Positions 18,151 through 26,923 of a DNA stretch of 64,000 nt are shown here, piece by piece; position 1 is the stretch's first letter, and each line of letters begins with the position of its first letter. Made by a program: the position numbers and the translations under genes. Origin of the DNA: an uncultured Gammaproteobacteria bacterium (GTDB lineage: Bacteria; Patescibacteriota; Patescibacteriia; Magasanikbacterales; GWA2-37-8). The stretch is from positions 212,663-276,662 of the forward strand of contig CAZEDL010000001.1 of assembly GCA_964510885.1 (NCBI GenBank), read 5' to 3'. Below the pieces are notes generated by a model, which had not been told where the DNA came from, ran no database searches, and worked only from the letters and a program-made list of their open reading frames with translations.

Positions 18151-19925
18151 AAAGTATTGGTACTTTGTTGTGAATTATAGATCTGAACATATTCAGGTGA
18201 GGCGTCGAGTAGTTCGTGATGACTGCCGCTCACAATTTTTTCGCCTTCCATAAGCACCACTATCTGATCATAACTTTCGACTGAGGCGATCTTTTGTGTT
18301 ACTGAGACCAGAGTCAATCCGGGATAATTTTGGGCAATATTATTAAGAATTTTTTGTTCGGTTGCTGTATCCACACGAGCAGTAAAATCATCTAGCAGTA
18401 ATATTTTCGGATTGATTGCAAGTGCTCGAGCCAGCATTATGCGCTGCTTCTGGCCGCCAGATAAGCTAGTGCCACGCTCTGATACCACAGTTTCAAGACC
18501 TTGAGGTAACGACGCAATGAAATCAGATAATTCAGAGGTGGCAATAGCTTGTTTGAGATCGACGTTAGTCACTGCAGTGTTAAATGCAATATTTTCGCGC
18601 AGACTTATATTGAAAATTATACTATCTTGAAAAACAAGACCGATCTGGCGATATAAATTTTCGCGTCGGTAATCGGCCAGCGAGTGATTATCATATAACA
18701 CTTCCCCGGTGGTTGGTTTAACAAGGCCAACTAAAATATTTAGCAATTGAGTTTTACCCGCGGCCGTCGGCCCGATGATAGCTACTTTTTGACCAGGCTT
18801 GATATCAAGTGAAATGTTCGTCAGAACCATTTTTTCTCCATAATTCATCGAGATATTCTTTACTTCAATGGCCCCGCGCAGCGGCTCGACCCTGGTGCCG
18901 TCAGCAGTCGAAGGCGCAGAAGCGAGAACTATTTCAATACGGCTGTAGGAAGCTTGGGCTTGAGCAAGGATATTGCTGACAAAGCCAAGGATAAAAATTG
19001 GAAAAATTAAAATGGTTAAATAACTAGTAAATGAGGCAAAATCACCAAGTGACATGGTGCCACCGATGACAAATTTCCCGCCTAGGACCAAAATTATAAG
19101 GGTGGCGAGATTCGATGCAAACGTAACAACCGGAATCATGGCGGAAAATAATTTAAGAATGTTGACACCGACATCGCGCGCAGCCGCATTGGCAGCGTTG
19201 AATTTATCATGTTCGATAGTTTTTGCATCCAGCACTCGAACTAAGGTAGAACCGAGAATACTTTCGTTAATTACTTTATTCAGCCAATCGATAATTTCGC
19301 GAGTTTTGAGGAACAAAGCCCGAACTTTTCCGAGGATAAGAAAAAAAGTGACACCAATTATTGGTAAGACCGCTAGCACCGCAAGGCCAAGTTTCCAATT
19401 TATGGAAAGCAGCAAATAACTACCACCGATGATAAGCAATAGCGACGACACCAAGTTGACCACAGCTTGGGAGACAAAGTTTTTTATGGAATCTATATCC
19501 GATGTCAGGTTGGTCAGTAATTTTTCAGCAGTAAGCGTCTGAATTTCTGCATAGGTATAAGTAGAGATTTTATCTGAAACGGTATTGCGTAAATCACGAG
19601 CGACGCGCTCAGAGGCATAGGTCTGCAGGATATTTTGAAAACCTGTCAAAATAAAAATCAAGACCGCAACTAGACCAAACTGCCACTCAACCTTACTGAG
19701 TGATCGGGATAAAAAGTAACCATCAATACCATGAGCCAATAGGCGAGGAAGCCATAAAGTAAGCACATTAGCAACCACAGCCAATAACACCAAAGGTAAA
19801 ATTAAATTACCATAGGGCCTGAGAAGGGCCAATAAGTTGGGTTTTTTGGACTGAACGGTTTTAACTTCATGATTACTCATATAGTGTATAGCACTAAAAA
19901 GTGATTTTTTTGTTAAGAGCGACAT
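18147..19925 (-). CDS. ABC exporter, fused permease/ATPase subunit (heterodimer partner)
   Basis: 6-TM + NBD (GPTAAGKT, LSGGQKQR, LLLDDFTARVD - degenerate Walker B suggests asymmetric heterodimer). Confidence 0.8.
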   Translation of the reverse strand: MSLLTKKSLFSAIHYMSNHEVKTVQSKKPNLLALLRPYGNLILPLVLLAVVANVLTLWLPRLLAHGIDGYFLSRSLSKVEWQFGLVAVLIFILTGFQNILQTYASERVARDLRNTVSDKISTYTYAEIQTLTAEKLLTNLTSDIDSIKNFVSQAVVNLVSSLLLIIGGSYLLLSINWKLGLAVLAVLPIIGVTFFLILGKVRALFLKTREIIDWLNKVINESILGSTLVRVLDAKTIEHDKFNAANAAARDVGVNILKLFSAMIPVVTFASNLATLIILVLGGKFVIGGTMSLGDFASFTSYLTILIFPIFILGFVSNILAQAQASYSRIEIVLASAPSTADGTRVEPLRGAIEVKNISMNYGEKMVLTNISLDIKPGQKVAIIGPTAAGKTQLLNILVGLVKPTTGEVLYDNHSLADYRRENLYRQIGLVFQDSIIFNISLRENIAFNTAVTNVDLKQAIATSELSDFIASLPQGLETVVSERGTSLSGGQKQRIMLARALAINPKILLLDDFTARVDTATEQKILNNIAQNYPGLTLVSVTQKIASVESYDQIVVLMEGEKIVSGSHHELLDASPEYVQIYNSQQSTNTL

Positions 19926-20310
19926 AAAGTGACAACTCTTTATCGCTGAGAATACTAAACAAATCTGTTAATAGATCCACATTTTGACGCTCAAATTTTT
20001 TTAACATACGAGCAGCTTTTGGTGACAGTGATAGATTGGCACGGCGACGATCTTGTTTATACTGAGTCCGAATCAGATATTTTTTCTCGACTAAACTATC
20101 TACTAATTGCGAAACGGCACTACTGCTAACGTGAAGAGAATTGGCAATTTCTTTTACCTGAGCACTACCCTGGTCAGAGACGCACCGCAATACCATACCT
20201 TGGGACGGGGTAATGAGCCTGCTCTTACTCCCGTGACCTACGGCTAATTTCTTGCGCATTTGTAAAAAGAAGTGCCAAAGATTATTTATAAGTTCAGTTC
20301 GGCTGGGCAT
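19894..20310 (-). CDS. MarR family transcriptional regulator
   Basis: 138 aa winged-helix MarR pattern; first gene of MarR-ABC-ABC operon. Confidence 0.75.
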   Translation of the reverse strand: MPSRTELINNLWHFFLQMRKKLAVGHGSKSRLITPSQGMVLRCVSDQGSAQVKEIANSLHVSSSAVSQLVDSLVEKKYLIRTQYKQDRRRANLSLSPKAARMLKKFERQNVDLLTDLFSILSDKELSLYVALNKKITF

Positions 20311-20322
20311 GTTTTTTTAATT

Positions 20323-20355
20323 TAATAAGCTGCTTATTATTTAAGCAGCTTATTA
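20323..20355. promoter_or_regulatory. Palindromic candidate MarR operator (ATAAGCTGCTTAT / ATAAGCAGCTTAT inverted pair)
   Basis: TAATAAGCTGCTTATTATTTAAGCAGCTTATTA 13-45 bp upstream of marR start. Confidence 0.45.
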
Positions 20356-20419
20356 AATTTGCGTCAAATAGCTTTGGTTACCTAGATTCAAACTGAATCC
20401 CATCGTTATCAAATCTTTT

Positions 20420-20743
20420 TTATCCATTTCGGTGTGGGCAGCCTGGCCAACAGCATGGCCGACGTTGACCGTCTTTTAAATGTGTGCTCACGCGAGCTAT
20501 ATGCTGAAGTCTCGTAGACGGTTTTTTTACCGAATTAACCCAACAAATCCACTCATTGCGGGCTAGTGGAGTTATATCTTCCCAGATGGACAGGGTTGCC
20601 GAGTCAGAAGCCAGCGCTTTTTTTAGATCAGGCGGCAGTTCATGTAAAATGCCAGGAGAAATTTTTTTAGGCATGTTACTACTTTTTAAACTATTGTTAA
20701 TACATTTTGTATGGCTACTCTGGTTAAGCAGCCTCTGCTTCAA
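20420..20743 (-). CDS. YdeI/OmpD-associated (OmdA, bacteriocin-protection) family protein
   Basis: …ARNEWICWVNSVKKPSTRLQHIARV… resembles OmdA domain; true start probably internal Met (MPKKISPG). Confidence 0.45.
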   Translation of the reverse strand: MKQRLLNQSSHTKCINNSLKSSNMPKKISPGILHELPPDLKKALASDSATLSIWEDITPLARNEWICWVNSVKKPSTRLQHIARVSTHLKDGQRRPCCWPGCPHRNG

Positions 20744-20933
20744 TCATTGTAGAAGTTTCTATGACGATTGTCGAGGGCTTAATTTTGTGAATTCAAACAA
20801 ATATTTGATGAGGCAGTGACAAGGATCAGGGAAGATGAAAAATACATCAAGACCAGCCTGATTGGTATTACCAAGTAAAGCGCTGTTAACCTGCGAGTGA
20901 ATAATAACACTACAGGATTACCTCCATGCATCA

Positions 20934-21431
20934 TTATTCTAGGATAGGATACTTTTTGATTATAGACCGCTTCTTCCACCATTTCCCCAATCCATAATAA
21001 TCCCCTGCCCTTAGCTCAGCCGCTGCTATTCCTATTAAAAGTATTAAGTAGACAACATGTTCGTCAATAACTGGGTTATTCTTTGGAGGCAAAAGAGCGA
21101 GCCACATAAGCAATACCATAAATGCACCACTCCAACCGGCAATCTTAGTGCACACCCCTAAAATGAGTGATAGGCCAATACCTAATAGTCCGAGCATAAA
21201 TAACCAGTCTACAAAGACACTGCCGGACAGCGCATTAAAAAAACTACTAAATGGCCCACTTACACCAAACTTTAAAAAACCAGCTGTTGGTGAACCTCCA
21301 TGTATCCAAGCTTGCTCGGGTTGGGTGGCAAAGCCAAAGCCAAATAATTTATCTACAAAAGCCCAGAGAAAGATACTCCCCAGAGACAATCGGACTGCGA
21401 CCCAAACATATACATCTGCGATATATTCCAT
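20934..21431 (-). CDS. DoxX family membrane protein
   Basis: 165 aa; N-terminal RLSLGSIFLWAFVDKL DoxX motif, 4 TM. Confidence 0.7.
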   Translation of the reverse strand: MEYIADVYVWVAVRLSLGSIFLWAFVDKLFGFGFATQPEQAWIHGGSPTAGFLKFGVSGPFSSFFNALSGSVFVDWLFMLGLLGIGLSLILGVCTKIAGWSGAFMVLLMWLALLPPKNNPVIDEHVVYLILLIGIAAAELRAGDYYGLGKWWKKRSIIKKYPILE

Positions 21432-21540
21432 ATATTTAAAAATAATTAGTAAGCTGTTTTTTTATAACAGAATTATTCCTTTGAGATCGAAACTTGTAAT
21501 CACTCTTTTTTGCAGTAAATGCATAGGCACTGCGAGGTAT

Positions 21541-21570
21541 AAACACAAAAACTCACCCGGGGAGGTGAGC
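21541..21570 (-). terminator. Terminator after Com-like gene
   Basis: minus strand GCTCACCTCCCCGGGTGAG + TTTTTGTGTTT. Confidence 0.5.
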
Positions 21571-21609
21571 TTCAAGAGCTTCTTAAAAAAATTGCTTATA
21601 AAACTTTCT

Positions 21610-21822
21610 CTATGATCGTGTGCGCTGAATCTGGTCAAAACGACCAATACGGTGCGGACAAGGAGAAAAAGCGCAGAAGTACTGATTCGATTCGGCACTC
21701 TCGATACTATTCATTTTCTGGCATGACCGGCACTTTACTTCAACTACACTATCCACCAGCATACCCTTAAACAATAATTTTCGGCAGGCGCTACAGCGGT
21801 ATTCTTTCCAGAGAGCGTTCAT
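21610..21822 (-). CDS. Com-family (phage Mu Com-like) zinc-finger regulator
   Basis: 70 aa; YRCSACRKLLFK…EVKCRSCQKMN matches Com C4 zinc-finger pattern. Confidence 0.5.
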   Translation of the reverse strand: MNALWKEYRCSACRKLLFKGMLVDSVVEVKCRSCQKMNSIESAESNQYFCAFSPCPHRIGRFDQIQRTRS

Positions 21823-21933
21823 ATTGGCTACTATATTGCAGACTGTATAAATTATACTAACACATATTCATTAACCCCACAATTCATACCGGGTATTTAT
21901 CCACATCTTAATTTATCACTTAAACTCGAATCT

Positions 21934-22950
21934 CTACACCCTTACACGCCTCTTCTTTTGTAGATACTCAGTACACAAGATGCTTTCAAAGATCATTGCA
22001 GGAGTTTTATTATGGTTAACTACTTCATGTACGGCTGCTAATAGCGGCAATTTGAGATGAAATTTTTTTGCAAGAGCCCGGGCGCCGTGACTGGATGGGA
22101 TACCCTCTACCACCTGACCAACTTCTTGTTGTGCTTCACGAAAACTTAATCCTTGCCCCATGAATTCGCCAAAACGACGATTGCGGCTAATAGGTGATAA
22201 TCCTGTTGCTACTAAGTCACCTAGGCCCGCGAGAGAATAGGGGGTATGCGGATCTCCCCCACTCTTTTTAACCAAGAGCGACATCTCTTCAACTGCACGG
22301 ACCATTAAAAATGCTTTGGCATTAAGAGATAGCCCTAATCCATCCGCCATTCCCAACAATATGGCATATACATTTTTCAATGAGCCAGCCAATTTTATTC
22401 CCAAAATATCATTAGTAGGTAAAAAATTTAAACGAGCAGTACTAAGGACAGCTTTAGCAAAAGCCAGTGCTCGCTTATTTTTTCCGGCAATAGCCATGGT
22501 CGTAAATCCACCAGTAGCGATATCAAGAGCCACCGCCGGACCAGAGATGATAATTCGTTTATTCCACCATTTTTCAGCGCTCGAGGTTAAGGTTGATTTT
22601 TTATTAAATAAACCGGTAAATCCTTTGCTCACGTCAACTAGAACTGCTGCGGCAGGCAAAAACGGTACACAGGCCTCGAGCTGTCGCTCGATAACACTGC
22701 TTGGCACCGAGAGTATTACCAACCGGGCAGATTGCAACGCTGTTTTTAAATCAGGTTCGGCCACCACCGATGTTGGTAATATTATACCTGGCAAATATTT
22801 TTTATTCTCATGAAATGCGTTGATTTGTTGCAACGGCTCGGGATCACCTGCATAATTCCACAGGGTAATAACATGACCATGTTGGCCCAATGACTTGGCA
22901 AGCGCAGTTCCCATGTTTCCTGCCCCGATGATGGTAATCGGCGTTTTCAT
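21934..22950 (-). CDS. gpsA: NAD(P)H-dependent glycerol-3-phosphate dehydrogenase
   Basis: IIGAGNMGTALA Rossmann motif and GpsA core; likely start MKTPITIIG. Confidence 0.8.
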   Translation of the reverse strand: MKTPITIIGAGNMGTALAKSLGQHGHVITLWNYAGDPEPLQQINAFHENKKYLPGIILPTSVVAEPDLKTALQSARLVILSVPSSVIERQLEACVPFLPAAAVLVDVSKGFTGLFNKKSTLTSSAEKWWNKRIIISGPAVALDIATGGFTTMAIAGKNKRALAFAKAVLSTARLNFLPTNDILGIKLAGSLKNVYAILLGMADGLGLSLNAKAFLMVRAVEEMSLLVKKSGGDPHTPYSLAGLGDLVATGLSPISRNRRFGEFMGQGLSFREAQQEVGQVVEGIPSSHGARALAKKFHLKLPLLAAVHEVVNHNKTPAMIFESILCTEYLQKKRRVRV

Positions 22951-22964
22951 AGCAATACAATTAA

Positions 22965-23462
22965 TCAATTGAGGCTATAAATAGTAAAATTCAAAAACGC
23001 TGCAAAACTAACCCACAATATATAAGGCACCAGTAGCCACGCCGCCAATTTAGAAATTTTGGCGAACGTCACGATGCTCGCCATGATACTAAGCCATAAA
23101 AATACGATTTCGATAACGGCCGCACCCGGAGACCGCCAACCAAAAAAAACAATCGACCATAATATATTCAAAACCAGCTGAGCAGCAAAAATCCGTAACG
23201 CCCACGTGACCGGAAACGTTATTTTTTTTTGCCAAATTAGAGCGACAGCAATGCCCATGAGAAAATACAGCACTGTCCAGACCGGACCAAAAATCCAGGC
23301 TGGCGGATTGAATGTAGGTTTAACTAGTCCCGCGTACCAAGTAGGGATAGCGGACGCGGTAAAAATAGAACCAATTAACCCTGCGCTTTCGCAGACAACC
23401 ACTGCTACAAGATATACAAGCCATTTCTTAACTCCATGGCGACCAATGGTCGAATTATTCAT
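22965..23462 (-). CDS. TspO/MBR (tryptophan-rich sensory protein) family membrane protein
   Basis: 165 aa, 5 TM, Trp-rich, WYAGLVKP…PPAWIFGPVW pattern. Confidence 0.75.
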   Translation of the reverse strand: MNNSTIGRHGVKKWLVYLVAVVVCESAGLIGSIFTASAIPTWYAGLVKPTFNPPAWIFGPVWTVLYFLMGIAVALIWQKKITFPVTWALRIFAAQLVLNILWSIVFFGWRSPGAAVIEIVFLWLSIMASIVTFAKISKLAAWLLVPYILWVSFAAFLNFTIYSLN

Positions 23463-24022
23463 AGTGAAGATATTAATGATAATAAAACAATTTTTGACCC
23501 AATTGCAATTAAAATTATACCAGCAAAAATGGTAGCTTTTTTACCCCAACGTTCACCTGACTTTTTTCCCAAATAAATCGACGCTAATGACAAAATAAAT
23601 GTGGTTATACCAATTATTGTTAAGCTGCTCCAGAGCTGAACAGGAAAAAAAGCAAACGCTGCACCCACGGCCAGCGCATCGAGGCTGGTAGCTACAGACA
23701 AAGCCACTATCGTCTTCCAGCTATCGAGATCGACAGGCCGATCATTGTCTGTTTTATGCGCCTCAAAAATAAATTTAATCCCTACACCGCTCAACAATAA
23801 AAAAATGATCCAATAATCGTAGGTAACAATCACTTGATTTAACCTGGTTCCGAGTAACCAGCCAAGGAGCGGCATAGCGAATTGAAAAGCGCCAAAACAC
23901 AAAGCCATGCGAACAGCTTTAACAAAAGATATCAAAGGATACCGAGCTCCGCTTGCAGCAGCAACTGCCATAGCATCAACCGATACAGAAATGGCTACTA
24001 TGAATATTTCTGTCAAGGACAT
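23459..24022 (-). CDS. mntP: Manganese efflux pump MntP family
   Basis: 187 aa, duplicated S-x-D-A-x-AV motifs (SVSVDAMAV, SLDALAV). Confidence 0.75.
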   Translation of the reverse strand: MSLTEIFIVAISVSVDAMAVAAASGARYPLISFVKAVRMALCFGAFQFAMPLLGWLLGTRLNQVIVTYDYWIIFLLLSGVGIKFIFEAHKTDNDRPVDLDSWKTIVALSVATSLDALAVGAAFAFFPVQLWSSLTIIGITTFILSLASIYLGKKSGERWGKKATIFAGIILIAIGSKIVLLSLISSL

Positions 24023-24577
24023 GTACTTACTTTATTATTTTATCAGTCTAAGGTTTTCTAAGCGACTTGTCGAGTACTATATTCGACTGTTCTACTATCT
24101 AGAAAAAAGTGTATTGAGCAAGTAACCAACCGCATTACAGCACTATCAACGCCTATGCCCCGCTGATATAAACCATGACAGGTTGCATTATGCACGCAGA
24201 TAGTATAGCAAAATTATTAAGTTCGTATACCTCATTGAATTTTGTTTTACTCAACGAGCGTTTTAAATTGGTATTATTAATGACGTTAATATTATTAAAA
24301 AGTATTGAAGCATCTTTGAATTTACCGGAGCTCGGTACTAAGCTTTGTTCATCAAAGCCTATTCTACTACAAAACGGAAGAAGTATCCCAAATTTTTTGT
24401 TTGCCGCACCCTACTATCGAGTTACCTTGTAAAACCATACTGAATAAAAATAGCACAGTCTGCTTTCGAACGTAGGCACATTATATATAATTACTTTTTC
24501 CCAAAAATTAAAATTTTTTTGTATTTAATGTAAGCTCAATAAAAATACCGCCCTCATTTAGGGGGCGGTACTTAATG

Positions 24578-24663
24578 CGGAGAGTGAGGGATTCGAACCC
24601 TCGATACCTTTCGGTATACACGCTTTCCAAGCGTGCGCACTAGACCAACTATGCGAACTCTCC
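24578..24663 (-). tRNA. tRNA-Ser (anticodon GGA), type II with long variable arm
   Basis: Hand-folded: acceptor GGAGAGT/ACTCTCC, D-loop with GG, anticodon loop TTGGAAA, 16-nt variable arm, T-arm GAGGGTTCGAATCCCTC, discriminator G; hairpin+T-run downstream. Confidence 0.85.
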
Positions 24664-24673
24664 AAATTTTTAG

Positions 24674-25483
24674 CTACTTTTGTCTGCTTGGTGGGGTGCC
24701 CAGCATTTTCGGCGACCGCTTGATTTTTCCATATATTGGGATAAAAGTCAATGCGGCAACAAATAACAGCATCCCCCACTGGGCCGGGGTCAAAATCCAG
24801 TACCGGACATCGCTGATCGGTAGGTCATGAGCCCGCAGAAAATCAAGAAAAAAGCGGGCTATCGCATATGCCAATACAGAGAAATAAGTAACGAGTCCGG
24901 GTCGGCGTTTGGTGAGAGCGGTGAAGAGCAGTGAAAAGACTATAAACAAGGCAAAGCCAGTCAGCGACTCATACAAGCCAAGATCATGGCGGATGCCACC
25001 TGGGTAATTCACACCCCCAATAAAGCTGGTAAGCGTGCCTGGATGATCATGGATGAGAAAGCAGCCGATGCGGCCTACGCCCCAACCGAGCCAGAGGCTG
25101 AGTGTACCGATATCAAGATACGGAATAACTTCTGACCACGAGAATTTGCGGCGCCAAAAAAACCAGGCGGCAGTGAGGCTACCCCCGATAAAACCGCCAA
25201 GCGATGAGGCGCCACCATGCCAAAAAGCGATAATTTCGGCCGGATGAGCAAGGTAGTAGGCTGGCTGGTAGCATAAAATATGCCCCAGCCGCCCACCGAT
25301 CAAGGCGCCAATCACCACTGCTACGGAAAGATCAAGCACAAGTGCAGTGGACAGCACCCCTCTCTTGGCACGGTAATAAAAATGAAGGATCGCTGCCAAA
25401 ATTCCGCCTGACACCAACAGACCCCACACTTTTATAGAGATGGGGCCAATGATGATATCAGTGTATTGAACAAACGGGATCAT
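24674..25483 (-). CDS. lgt: Prolipoprotein diacylglyceryl transferase
   Basis: 269 aa; Lgt signature GWGVGRIGCFLIHDHPG and membrane topology. Confidence 0.8.
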   Translation of the reverse strand: MIPFVQYTDIIIGPISIKVWGLLVSGGILAAILHFYYRAKRGVLSTALVLDLSVAVVIGALIGGRLGHILCYQPAYYLAHPAEIIAFWHGGASSLGGFIGGSLTAAWFFWRRKFSWSEVIPYLDIGTLSLWLGWGVGRIGCFLIHDHPGTLTSFIGGVNYPGGIRHDLGLYESLTGFALFIVFSLLFTALTKRRPGLVTYFSVLAYAIARFFLDFLRAHDLPISDVRYWILTPAQWGMLLFVAALTFIPIYGKIKRSPKMLGTPPSRQK

Positions 25484-25495
25484 ACCAGCAGCTAA

Positions 25496-26848
25496 CTACT
25501 TGGTTTTACCAAGATACTGAAAAACTTCTTCGGGTGAATCAACCACCTTAATAAAGAGCTCATCCATCTCACTGATGGTCTTGAACTCTGCATACAGTTG
25601 GTGAATAAAATCTAGAAGTGGCTGCCAATATGACCGCCCATATAGAATAATAGGCAGACTTTCAATTTTCTTGGTTTCTTCAAGAGTTAGGAGTTCAAAT
25701 AGCTGGTGCAGCGTACCAAAGCCACCGGGGAAAAAAATAAAAGCTTCGGCTGGTGCGGTAATGATTAATTTACGGACGAATGGAAAGAAAAATGAGATAG
25801 ATTTTGTAACATAACTATTTAATTGCTCTTGGCGACGCAAGCTCACAGAAATACCAACACTTTGACCGCCATGCTGGAACGCACCTTTGTTCGCTGCTTC
25901 CATAATACCGGTTCCGCCGCCTGTTAGCGTGGTATATTGGTGCTCGGCTAACTGCGCCCCGAGATTATAGGCCGCTTCGTAATAGGGTGACCCAGGCAGC
26001 ACGGTGCGCGTGCCAAACACGGTAACATCGCGGGTAATTTGGGTCAGAAATTCAAACCCATCTACTAATTCAGCCATCATTCGGAACATGCGCCAGTCAT
26101 CGCCACCTTGGCAAATCGGATTATCCGGATCCAGCGCGCAAAAATCGCCAAAATCAGGAGCGCTCTTAACAATGTCAAAAGCTTCTTCGGCGGTGTCCAC
26201 AATATGCCAGCTATTAATTTCGTGGATATCAACTGAGTGTACTTGCTCTACGCCCTGTTGGCGCAAAAATTTGATGAGTGGCCCCCAAAAATCGCGCCCA
26301 ACTAATATTACAGGAGCGCGTTGCATTTGACCCTGCTCAATATAGTCAACAACTTCGAATAATTCATCTAGGGTGCCGAAGCCACCAGGGAAAAAGACAA
26401 AAGCATTAGCCGGGCTTGTGAGCATTACCTTACGACTGAAAAAATATTCAAAGGCAATCGCTTTTTTGACATATGGATTGATACGTTGTTCAAACGGCAG
26501 TTGGATATTAAGCCCAGCCGTTTCACCTCCGACTTCGTATGCCCCTTTACTTGCAGCCTCCATAATGCCTGGGCCACCACCAGTAATCGTAGTAAAACCG
26601 TGGCGACCAAGAAGTTTGCCAAAGCTTTCAGCCAACTTGTAATATTTATTATTGGAATCAAGACGAGCCGAACCAAAGACGGTGACTTCTTTTTTTAGAG
26701 ATCGCAAAAATTGATAGCCTTCGACGAATTCGGAAATGATTTTGAAAATGCGCCAACTGTCACGATAGTTAACCACCTTGCCACCGGTAGCTGCCAATTC
26801 ATCGAGGGTATGGGTATGCAAATTATCTCGTTCAACAGATTGAGGCAT
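25496..26848 (-). CDS. Tandem-duplicated LOG family (TIGR00730, lysine-decarboxylase-like) protein
   Basis: Two LOG units; first carries PGGFGTLDE, second PGGFGTLHQ (Glu replaced). Confidence 0.7.
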   Translation of the reverse strand: MPQSVERDNLHTHTLDELAATGGKVVNYRDSWRIFKIISEFVEGYQFLRSLKKEVTVFGSARLDSNNKYYKLAESFGKLLGRHGFTTITGGGPGIMEAASKGAYEVGGETAGLNIQLPFEQRINPYVKKAIAFEYFFSRKVMLTSPANAFVFFPGGFGTLDELFEVVDYIEQGQMQRAPVILVGRDFWGPLIKFLRQQGVEQVHSVDIHEINSWHIVDTAEEAFDIVKSAPDFGDFCALDPDNPICQGGDDWRMFRMMAELVDGFEFLTQITRDVTVFGTRTVLPGSPYYEAAYNLGAQLAEHQYTTLTGGGTGIMEAANKGAFQHGGQSVGISVSLRRQEQLNSYVTKSISFFFPFVRKLIITAPAEAFIFFPGGFGTLHQLFELLTLEETKKIESLPIILYGRSYWQPLLDFIHQLYAEFKTISEMDELFIKVVDSPEEVFQYLGKTK

Positions 26849-26923
26849 AAAAATTGTTACATTGCTAAATTGTTAAATTGTTATTGTTTGCGTTATTACT
26901 GCCACCACGCGAGAATGTCAGCG

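Noticed and set aside
24175-24432. 85-aa ORF in the 540-bp AT-rich gap between mntP and tRNA-Ser
   Set aside because: It has no SD and low-complexity Leu/Ser-rich translation. It may be a degraded gene or non-coding, and was left unannotated.
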